From IMG/VR virus record IMGVR_UViG_3300036770_008730: DNA of 64,000 nucleotides. The stretch is one strand, 5' to 3'. Positions 28,464-38,700 of the stretch are shown here, piece after piece. A program made the position numbers and the translations under genes. The notes under the pieces are model-generated. The model was not told where the DNA came from, made no database searches, and was given only the letters and a program-made list of their open reading frames with translations. Within the stretch, counting starts at the first letter, position 1. Each line of letters starts with the position of its first letter. Source of the stretch: a virus. Lineage: Duplodnaviria; Caudoviricetes.

Positions 28464-31400
28464 ATGGCTCAAATAAATATTAAACAAATCCGTGGCGCCT
28501 CTCAAGGATCATTGGTTTTTTTAGGAACAAACAGTGTATTAACTGAAGATTTTAATAGATTGAATTGGAATCAATCTCAAAATACACTTTCTATAAATGG
28601 TTCTGTTAAAATTCAAGATGGACTCCAACAAGATGGTTATGTTTTGACATCAGATGTCAATGGATTGGGAAAATGGTCACCGATTATTGCAACAAATGGA
28701 TTATCAAATATAAATGGTCAAATTTATTTAGGAGGCACGGTTGGAACCGGCTCTTATTTATACGGAAATGGTAATGATTTTATATTTGATAATTTTGATA
28801 ATATAATTTTTACTTCTTCTAGTTCATTTGAGATTGATTCTTCTTTTATTCATCTAGATGCTGGTGTTGGTAATATGCAGTTATATGCTGATACTGAAAT
28901 TGAAATATTTTCTTTTCAAGGAGAACTATCATTAGGTTTTAGTTTTTCGTCTGTTACTGATTATTCTGGTTTATCAGCGGGTTTAGTTTACACTGATGAT
29001 TATAGCTCAGGATTTGTTACTCATTCATTGATAACAAAAAAATATTTAGACGATGTTGTAAGTACTCTAAGTGCTAACACATCTGGTACTTCTGGTTCAT
29101 CTGGTACTTCCGGTTCTAGCGGAACCTCTGGTTCTAGTGGAACTTCTGGCTCATCTGGAACATCCGGTTCTAGCGGAACTTCTGGTTCCTCTGGTACTTC
29201 CGGTTCATCTGGTACTTCCGGTTCATCTGGAACATCCGGTTCTAGCGGAACTTCTGGTTCCTCTGGTACTTCCGGTTCATCTGGAACATCCGGTTCTAGC
29301 GGAACTTCCGGTTCATCTGGCACTTCCGGTTCATCTGGTACTTCCGGTTCATCTGGCACTTCTGGCTCATCCGGTTCATCTGGTTCTAGTGGTACTGGAT
29401 TTACTACAATTTCCAATTTCGCTGATAATAGAATACTGACTTCAGATGGAACTTCTAATTCAGCAAATGCTGAATCTAATTTAACATTTGATGGAACAAC
29501 TCTCAGTGTTTTTGGAGACTTAGTAGTAAGTGGAAGTTTTTCAGTTTTTGGATCTTCATCTGTGATTAATACTACAAACCTATCAGTTTCTGACCCAATT
29601 ATTGTACTAGCTGCTAGTCAGTCAGGTTCACCTATAGTAGATTCTGGTGTATTTTTTAATAGGGGTACTGGTCTTACTCAAGCATTTATTTGGGATGAAT
29701 CCAATGATGAGTTTGCACTTATTGGAACAAATAACAATTCGTCTGTAGTAGGTAATATCAATATCAACTCTTACAGTCCATTTAAATCTTCGGATTATAT
29801 AATTATTGGATCTAATACACAATCAACTTCATATTCTCTAACAATTAAGGATAGTAATCTGAGCAACCTGTGGTTTATAAGAAATGATGGTAATGTTGCG
29901 CATGCCTCTGCAGGTTCGGACATAGCTCAATATTGGCTACAGAAACCAACAAGAAATATGGATTATGGATTCTATGTTTCTGGAAATTATACCGTTTCAA
30001 GTTTCGCTGGTACTGGAAAACCGAGAGCGCATTTTTATAGTGTTAATGGTGGATCTTCTGGTGTAGAGGTTGATTTCACTGATAATATTTCTTTTAATAG
30101 AAATGGTATTTCGATAGCTAATACTGGTAATAATACATCAATTAATAAAGGATTGGCTATATCTGTATCTAATGGATCATCAAACATAGGATTTGATACA
30201 AATGGATATAATAAGATAGGAGCTTTAGGAGTTGGTAACCCGAGCGCTAATCTACACATAACTGGGTATAATAACACATCATCTGAATATTCGCTTAAAA
30301 TTGATAATTATGGAACGGTAAGTTTAATAACATCTCCTTTGTTTAATGTTAGGAATGATGGAAATATAGGAATTGGAACTGCTTCCGCTACAACAAAACT
30401 TCACATATTTGCAACTCAATCTGGTGCTTTTAGATTACAAGACGGAACACAAGCAAATGGTTATATACTTGTTTCTGATTCCAATGGTGTCGCTACTTGG
30501 ACAGCTTCTATTCCTGGAACATCCGGTTCATCTGGAACTTCTGGCTCTAGTGGAACATCTGGTTCTAGCGGCACTTCCGGTTCATCTGGAACATCTGGCT
30601 CATCTGGAACATCTGGTTCTAGCGGCACTTCCGGTTCATCTGGTTCATCTGGAACATCTGGTTCTAGTGGCACTTCCGGTTCATCTGGAACTTCTGGCTC
30701 TAGTGGAACATCTGGTTCTAGTGGAACATCTGGTTCATCTGGAACTTCTGGCTCTAGTGGAACATCTGGTTCTAGTGGAACATCTGGTTCATCTGGAACT
30801 TCTGGCTCTAGTGGAACATCTGGTTCTAGTGGTACTTCCGGTTCATCTGGAACTTCTGGCTCTAGTGGAACATCTGGTTCTAGTGGTACTTCCGGTTCAT
30901 CTGGAACTTCTGGCTCTAGTGGAACATCTGGTTCTAGTGGTACATCTGGTTCATCTGGAACTTCTGGCTCTAGTGGAACATCTGGTTCTAGTGGTACTTC
31001 CGGTTCATCTGGAACATCTGGTTCTAGTGGTACATCCGGTTCATCTGGAACATCTGGTTCTAGTGGTACTTCCGGTTCATCTGGAACATCTGGTTCTAGT
31101 GGAACATCCGGTTCATCTGGAACATCTGGCTCTAGTGGAACATCCGGTACTGGATTTAACACAATAACAAATCCGGCTGATAATAGAATATTAACTTCCG
31201 ATGGTGGAACTAATTCAGCGGTTGCTGAATCAAATCTTACGTTTGACGGAAATACTTTGAGTGTTACTGGTGACTTACTAGTATCTGGTGACTTTACAGT
31301 TAATGGAACTGTTTCTTATATCTATACTGAAAATTTATATGTATCTGACAACATACTAACATTAAACGCGACATATTCTTCAGGAACTCCTTTCCTTAAT

Positions 31401-32714
31401 TCTGGTTTAGAGGTATTGAGAGGATCATCTCAGTCTGCAGCTCTCATATGGGATGAATCATTAGATTTATGGACGGCTGGATTATCCGGATCTACATCTG
31501 CTATAATAACAGAAGCTGGCGTAGGATTGACTAAATCTGGAAATACACTTTCTGTTGATACTACCCAAATAGTTTCGACCTTAGCAGGTAATGGTTTAAC
31601 CTCTAATGGTGGATCTTTAGATGTTAATGTTGGTAACGGTTTATCAATAGTTTCTGACATAGTTTATTTGGGTGGAGCACTTTCACAAACTACAACGATT
31701 GATGGAGGATTATTCGACTTAGCACTGTCAAACGCGACAAATTTCACAGTTGGTGTCACAAATTCAGGAAATATCTCATTGGATGCTACTGATGATGGTG
31801 TGAATTATGGTTCATTAGATATTACAAGTGCGTCATCTCAATTAGAAGTTTCTTTTGGTGGAAGTGTTTCCTTAATCTATGCGGGATTTGATCAAATATT
31901 TTTGGAGACTAGTGATGGAATTAGCACATACGCTAATTTTAAGATGTTTCAACCAGGAAATACACAACCAGCTAATGATGGTTCGGTAGGAAATTCAATG
32001 TTAATTGATGATAATATTTCTAGTAAAGGATTAGTTTACTTAAATGACTATTCTGCTAACTTTACAACCTATTCACTTGTTACCAAAGGTTATGTTGATT
32101 CTGTTTCTGTTGGTGGTAGTGGGACAAATAATTATGTTCCTTACTGGACTGGTACTAGTAGCTTATCTTCAACAAGCTCAATATTTGATAATGGTAAAGT
32201 AGGTATTTTAACCACAAATCCATCAGCAAGTTTACATATTGTTGGTGATGGATCAAGTCCTGTATTAAAAGTAGATGGTAATTCAGGAGAATTATTCTCT
32301 ATCAATGATTCACTTGTTGGTTCTTTATTTTCTGTTAATGATATATCCGGTCTTCCTATTTTAGAAGTATTTTCTGATAATACTTTGTTGATGGGTGATT
32401 TTCAATCACGTGGATTATATACAACAAAAAAGACATCTGTTATTTCTGGTAATAATCCAATTTATTACTTTGCTACTGCTTCTTATGATGGTGCATTTGT
32501 TGATTATACTGCATTTGATGGTTCGAATGCTAGAGCTGGAAGTTTGAATGCAATTTGGTTAGGAAATCAAATTCAATATACAGAAACTTCTACTTTAGAT
32601 ATAGGTACAACATCGGGTTTAACTTTCTCCTTTGTTTTATCTGGAACATATGCTGTTCTTAGTGTAGATGCTACTTCAAATTGGACAGTTAAGTCTATAA
32701 TTAGAAGTATATAA
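28464..32714 (+). CDS. Long fibre-like protein 3 with two (GTSGSS)n tracts
   Basis: 1416 aa; Gly-X-Y tracts plus modules shared with fibres 1 and 2. Confidence 0.75.
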   Translation: MAQINIKQIRGASQGSLVFLGTNSVLTEDFNRLNWNQSQNTLSINGSVKIQDGLQQDGYVLTSDVNGLGKWSPIIATNGLSNINGQIYLGGTVGTGSYLYGNGNDFIFDNFDNIIFTSSSSFEIDSSFIHLDAGVGNMQLYADTEIEIFSFQGELSLGFSFSSVTDYSGLSAGLVYTDDYSSGFVTHSLITKKYLDDVVSTLSANTSGTSGSSGTSGSSGTSGSSGTSGSSGTSGSSGTSGSSGTSGSSGTSGSSGTSGSSGTSGSSGTSGSSGTSGSSGTSGSSGTSGSSGTSGSSGTSGSSGSSGSSGTGFTTISNFADNRILTSDGTSNSANAESNLTFDGTTLSVFGDLVVSGSFSVFGSSSVINTTNLSVSDPIIVLAASQSGSPIVDSGVFFNRGTGLTQAFIWDESNDEFALIGTNNNSSVVGNININSYSPFKSSDYIIIGSNTQSTSYSLTIKDSNLSNLWFIRNDGNVAHASAGSDIAQYWLQKPTRNMDYGFYVSGNYTVSSFAGTGKPRAHFYSVNGGSSGVEVDFTDNISFNRNGISIANTGNNTSINKGLAISVSNGSSNIGFDTNGYNKIGALGVGNPSANLHITGYNNTSSEYSLKIDNYGTVSLITSPLFNVRNDGNIGIGTASATTKLHIFATQSGAFRLQDGTQANGYILVSDSNGVATWTASIPGTSGSSGTSGSSGTSGSSGTSGSSGTSGSSGTSGSSGTSGSSGSSGTSGSSGTSGSSGTSGSSGTSGSSGTSGSSGTSGSSGTSGSSGTSGSSGTSGSSGTSGSSGTSGSSGTSGSSGTSGSSGTSGSSGTSGSSGTSGSSGTSGSSGTSGSSGTSGSSGTSGSSGTSGSSGTSGSSGTSGSSGTSGSSGTSGSSGTSGSSGTSGSSGTSGTGFNTITNPADNRILTSDGGTNSAVAESNLTFDGNTLSVTGDLLVSGDFTVNGTVSYIYTENLYVSDNILTLNATYSSGTPFLNSGLEVLRGSSQSAALIWDESLDLWTAGLSGSTSAIITEAGVGLTKSGNTLSVDTTQIVSTLAGNGLTSNGGSLDVNVGNGLSIVSDIVYLGGALSQTTTIDGGLFDLALSNATNFTVGVTNSGNISLDATDDGVNYGSLDITSASSQLEVSFGGSVSLIYAGFDQIFLETSDGISTYANFKMFQPGNTQPANDGSVGNSMLIDDNISSKGLVYLNDYSANFTTYSLVTKGYVDSVSVGGSGTNNYVPYWTGTSSLSSTSSIFDNGKVGILTTNPSASLHIVGDGSSPVLKVDGNSGELFSINDSLVGSLFSVNDISGLPILEVFSDNTLLMGDFQSRGLYTTKKTSVISGNNPIYYFATASYDGAFVDYTAFDGSNARAGSLNAIWLGNQIQYTETSTLDIGTTSGLTFSFVLSGTYAVLSVDATSNWTVKSIIRSI
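29079..29399 (+). repeat. 18-bp coding tandem repeat (GTSGSS)n, about 17 units
   Basis: Direct reading of the sequence and translation. Confidence 0.92.
30516..31154 (+). repeat. 18-bp coding tandem repeat (GTSGSS)n, about 35 units, with 54-bp higher-order period
   Basis: A 47-nt unit recurs at 30678, 30732, 30786, 30840, 30894 and 30948. Confidence 0.92.
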
Positions 32715-32788
32715 TTTTTCAGACTATTTTATTTTAATATATAAGGTAACTTTTATTTTGGAGAGTGAAAAAATAAAATTATTTTATA

Positions 32789-35700
32789 ATGGCAAATGAA
32801 TTTGTGACCAGAAAAGGTCTTATTTCTTTAGGTGGGATATCTTTTCCTTACACCCAAAAAACATCAGATTATATTGTAACCTCTGAGGACTACTATGTAG
32901 ATTGTTCCGGAACTTTCTCCGTTACTCTACCAATATCTGACTCGACTAATGTTGGTCGACTTTATGTTATAAAAAATAGTGGTTCTAATCAGGTAACCGT
33001 TTTTGCGACCGCCTCGCAATTAATTGATGGTAGTGCTACAAAATCACTTATTCAATATGAAAGTCTTCAAATACAGAGTACTGGTAATAATTGGGTTGCA
33101 TTGTCAGCTGTGGCCGGTACAAGTGGAACTTCTGGATCTTCCGGTACAAGTGGAACTTCTGGATCTTCCGGTACAAGTGGAACTTCTGGATCTTCCGGTA
33201 CAAGTGGAACTTCCGGTACAAGTGGAACTTCTGGTTCATCTGGTACAAGTGGAACTTCTGGTTCATCTGGCACTAGTGGTGTTGATGGAACTTCTGGAAC
33301 CGGGTTTACTACAATTTCCAATACCGCTGATAATAGAGTATTAACTTCCGATGGTGCTACTAACTCAGCAAACGCTGAGTCTAATTTGACCTTTGATGGT
33401 AATTTACTCTCAGTTAGTGGTAAATTATCGGTTGGTCTGAATACAGTTGCTTCTGGTACATATTCTTTCGCATCTGGAAGATTCTCGGAATCAGCTGGTG
33501 ATGCTTCATCAGCATTTGGTAATTCTACTTTTGCTTACGGAACCAACTCTACTACATTCGGAGAAGAAACATTGGCGTATGGTCAATCACAAATGGTTGT
33601 AGGTAAATTCAACTCTGACTTAAACTATGATGATTTATTTGTCATAGGTAATGGATTAGATAACTCAAATAGAGCAGATTTAGCAAAATTTGGAACTAAT
33701 TCAATAACTTTCAACTCAAATCTAAGTCTATACTCTTTAGACTTTTCAACTCAATCAACAACATCTCAGGAGAGAAGACTTTATTGGGATGATAAAAATA
33801 AAACTTTAGCTTTAGGATTGGCTGGTGGTAATGTTAATTTACAAATAGGTCAGGAAGAGTTTTATTTAGCTTCAAATTATACAGGAGCAACACTATCTAA
33901 TGGAAAAGTAGTAGGTGCTGTTGGAGTTTCAGCTTCCGGTGATACAATTAATGCTGGTTATTACTTGGCAGATGGATCTACACCTGGTGAATTCGTAATG
34001 GGTATAGTTACCGAGGATATCGCTAATGGTGATAAAGGATACGTAACGGAATTTGGATTGGTAAGAGGAATAGATACCACAGGTAGTGAGTATAGTGAGT
34101 CCTGGCTAGAAGGAGATCTTCTTTACGCATCTCCTACAAATCCTGGAGGGTTGACTAAAGTAAAACCAACAGCTCCTAATTTGTCAATTTTGACAGCTAT
34201 TGTAATATCTGCAACATCTTCAGGTTCTATCTTTGTTAGGCCAACTTTCAATGGTCGATTAGATGATTTGGACAATGTTGAATTCTACGGTGTTACTCCA
34301 TCACAAGACGATATATTGCAGTATTCTGCAACATCCTCACTTTGGACAAGAAGAGAGTATAGTTATGGTGCATACGCTGCCGGTGTTATCAGTGGTGCTA
34401 CAGCTTGGTCACAATCAGGTAATGGTACAATAACACTACCAACTGTCACGGTTGCTCTTTATGATAATGAAAACTTCACACCACCTCTTAGGATTTATAC
34501 TTTAAGTGGAACAGTATCTGGTACTGGTACGACACCAGCTCTAGTTGATAATGATACTAATTACATTTCAATAGAGTATAACAATGGTTCACCTATATGG
34601 AATATAGACCAGACAGGCACAACTATAAATAACTCAAGTGTCATTAGATACATGATAGTTTATAGATTAGGAAACTTCATACACAATCTCGAGTTTGGAA
34701 ATCAAGGTTCAGGATTGGTTGAAAAGTTAAACGCTAGAATAATACAAACAGAGAGATTTGCTAGAGAGAGTGGTCTAACAATTGGATTAAGTGGATCTAC
34801 TGGTATTTTGACAATATCAGAAGGTGTCGCATGGAACGGACCATACAGACAAAGTTTAGCTAGTGTAAATTCAGCAGATGACTTTATATTTAAAAACTAT
34901 CATGTTTCTGGAAATTGGACATACTCTGTATCAACCCCATTCACATACTCAACAACATTAGACCTAATAAATAATGAATTTTATGATGATGGTACAGATT
35001 TAGTTTCAGCATCAGCTTCAAAGTATTTAGTAAACTGGTATTATAGAGGTCAAGAAATTAATGATCACATATATGAGGTCTTTGGAAATGACCAATATGA
35101 TACATTTGCTGAAGCTGAATTATCAGGAGAACCTTCGATACCTGAGTTAGTTCAATCACACGCAATTTTAGTTGGTAGAGTAATAGTTCAAGTTGGTACC
35201 TATTCAGGAGCGGCTCAGTCAGCATTTGTTTCGGTATTCCAATCCTCATCAGTAACATCACATAATGATCTATCTGGTTTACAAGGTGGAATAACCAATG
35301 AGTATTATCATCTTTCTCAAGCTGAATATAATAATAATGCATATAAAAACGTTGATAACCAATTTACGACAAATCAAACAGTAAATGGATATTTACTTAA
35401 TACAAATACTTGGACTGAAAGTAATATTCTTATTGCTGGAACCAATTCGGTAATAGGCTCTGGGGTAACAATAACAGATAGTCTAACATCATCTAATAAT
35501 TTGTGGACCTCTCAGAAGGTTTATGATTATTCTAATAGAGATACAATAGAAGGAAATAAAACCTTCTCAGGTGATATTTTAATTCAAGGAACTCTTTCAG
35601 TGTTAGATTCATTCACAGCTGGTACTCAATTTACAGTAAATACAAATTCAGTATTTAATGGTAATATACTACCTTCAATTGATGCTACTTATGACTTGGG

Positions 35701-38700
35701 TAGTCCTACATTCCAATGGGATAAACTATATGTTGCTTCACAATCACTATATGTTGGTGGCGTGACCATCTCATCTGACAACGATGCTATCAATATTCAA
35801 AGATTAAACTTAGGAACCGAAGCTAATCCTGTTATACTTTCTGCTTCTGGAAGTGAAATTTACATCAATAATTCCATATTCTCATCAGGAGATAGTAAAA
35901 CAATAATAGTGGCCAAAGATGGAGCTGATTTTACTTCAATTAAAACAGCTGTTGAGAGCATTACTGATGCGACGGCTTCAAATGTTTATACTGTTGAGGT
36001 TAGAGGTGGTGTTTATTATGAAGAACCATTCACTATACCATCCTATGTTGCGGTAGTTGGTGAGAGTTCAATTTCAACAATAATTGAAGCTACTTTCTCT
36101 AACCAAACACTAATAACACTTTCTGATCAGTCCGCTATATTTGATGCTCAAATTCAAGGATGTACAGGATCAGGAGTCGCTGCTATTGTTTATCAATCAT
36201 CTACTTCACCACAAGCTCAGGCAATTGCATACGTTGAGAATGTAAGATTTGGATCTAATTACACACATGTTAAAGTAATAGCTGATGGGGCAAACATTAT
36301 AGTTCAGTGTTCTAATGTAAAATATGGTGGATATCCATTTACAGAAGGATTTGTTGCTACAAACACAGGTTCTGGACAAGGTAGAATGCAGTTAAGAAAT
36401 GTGACATCCACTAATGGTGGAATAACAACAACAACAAATTTAGTTTTTGCTAGAGCTATTGCTAGTGGTTGTGGATTTATTGTACAAGGGTGTTTATTGA
36501 CAAAGGCTGTTGGTGCAGCAGCAGGAACCGGATTCTTAATAGAAAATGGTGGATTCCTAAGATTAACATCGGTTAATTTCCAAAGATGGTCTAAGGGTAT
36601 ATATGCACCAGCTGATGGTGGATCACCTAATATAGATGCTGTTGGATTGAACTTTGAGAATAATACAATAGATGTTCAAATTGATAATCCAAATGCAATT
36701 GGTAAAATACAAGGAACGGATAATTATTCTAAGACAATAATTAGTCCAACTGCATCACTTTATGTTGTATCAAAGGATGCTAGAAGAATACAGGTTGCTA
36801 AAAAAGGTGGAGATTTCTCAAGCATAAGAGATGCCGTTTTATCTATAACTGACTCTTCAGAGTCGAATAGGTACACTGTGGAAGTTGGACCTGGAGTATT
36901 TTATGAAGGTCTAATCGATCTTTCAACAAGACCATATGTCAGTATAGTTGGTTCAAACATACAAACTACACAAGTTTATGCATCGGCCTCTAATCAAAAC
37001 CTATTCAAAATGGGTATCGCAAATGAAATATCATTCTTATCAATTAATGATGTTGGTACTTTAGGAAGTGGATTTGCAGGAATAATAGCAGATGATAGTG
37101 GAGACTTCTCACAAGCTCATAAATTATCTTTCTACAATTGTGATATTGGTATAAAAGTATTATCAAGTACTCAAGAGACTATTTTCTATGGAGAGTATGT
37201 AGATTTCAATGGTACATTTTCACAGGCGGTTTGTGTTGATGCACAAGGAAGTTCATTTTCAGCATTTGCTAATATAGAAAACTTCTATACATTCCCAGGG
37301 TTAACTGGTAGTTTCGCAGGTTGCGTATATGACACAAATGCATCACTAAATGTAGCGGTTGCTACACTTGAGGGATTTGGAGATGATGTTGCTTTCTATG
37401 TTGAGAATGGTGGAAAACTTGATGTGAACGCAACTGATATTAATGGATATCAGACAGGACTTTGGATTCCAAATATTGGAACAGCAAGTAATTTCAACTT
37501 TAATGGTGTTGTAATTAATCAGGATGTAACAATACCAATAAAGATTGAACAACCAAATACGATTGGATTCTTTCAAGGTTCACTTTACAATCATCAATTA
37601 ATTGAAAATAATTCCCAGGACATCTACTGGAGTTTCTTGGATCAATTTGATGGTGAATTAAATATAACTAGAAAGGCGTCAGTTACATTTGCTGATGGAA
37701 CTACAACTGATTTGACAACATTAGTTTTCGAGACTGCTCCGATGGGTGTTATCAGTGGTGGTATTATTTCTACTTTTTCTGGATTAACTGTAAGTATTAG
37801 TGCTGGATACGGATATCTTGAAGTTTCATCCGGTGAAGTGCATAAAAGGATAGATTGGTCAATATCTACATTACAACTGCCGGACAATTCTTCTGAATAC
37901 ATATTTATCAATGAAAATGAAATTTTAACCAGTCAATCTGGGTTACCAAATATAGAAAATAATATACTTTTAGGAAGAGTAGTTACTTTTGGAGGAGATG
38001 TTTTATTTATCGATAATACAAGAGTTGACACCAAACATGCTGATAATAAGCTTAATCTATTTAATAGAAATGCAATTGGTGCAATTTATGAATCTGGATC
38101 TATTGTAAGTATAGGTAGTGGTTCTTATTCAATTGATGTTACCGCTGGTTCATACTGGTTTGGTGATTCTAATTTCACGCCTACTGGTGGTTCTACTGTT
38201 TCTTTCACTCAATTTTATAGAGATGGCTCAGGTGAATGGATTATTGGGTCTACCAACTCTATCACCTCTCAATATGATAGTGGAACAGGTGCTTTAATTA
38301 CAATGTCAGCTTCCTATTTTACTAAACATACATTGTATGTTGTTGGTGAGAGTGTAGACGAGAAATATCTACTTGTTGTTGGTCAGGTGCAGTATGAAAA
38401 TTTAGTAGATGCTGAGGCCGCTTCACTTGCAACACCACCTACATATTTTGAAGATGGAGTTTCTCCAATAGCCGCTATTTATGTTCAAGAAGGCGGAAAT
38501 TCAATACTACAAATAGAAGATATTAGGCCAGTATTAGGTTTCAAATCTTCTGGTGTGAATGCTACTTCTGATCATGGAAATCTGATAGGTCTATCTGATG
38601 ATGATCATCAACAATACCTTTTGATATCTGGTTCTAGAGCAATGACTGGAAATTTACAGATGGGTTCTAACTCAATAACTGGAGTTTTACAAGTTAATGG

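Noticed and set aside
29021-31167. Long alternative-frame and antisense ORFs (29021-29416, 29071-29439, 30373-31167, 30461-31162) encoding PEVPDE or LVHLEH repeats
   Set aside because: They are automatic shadows of the 18-bp GTSGSS repeat, which lacks stops in several frames, and have no promoter or start context.
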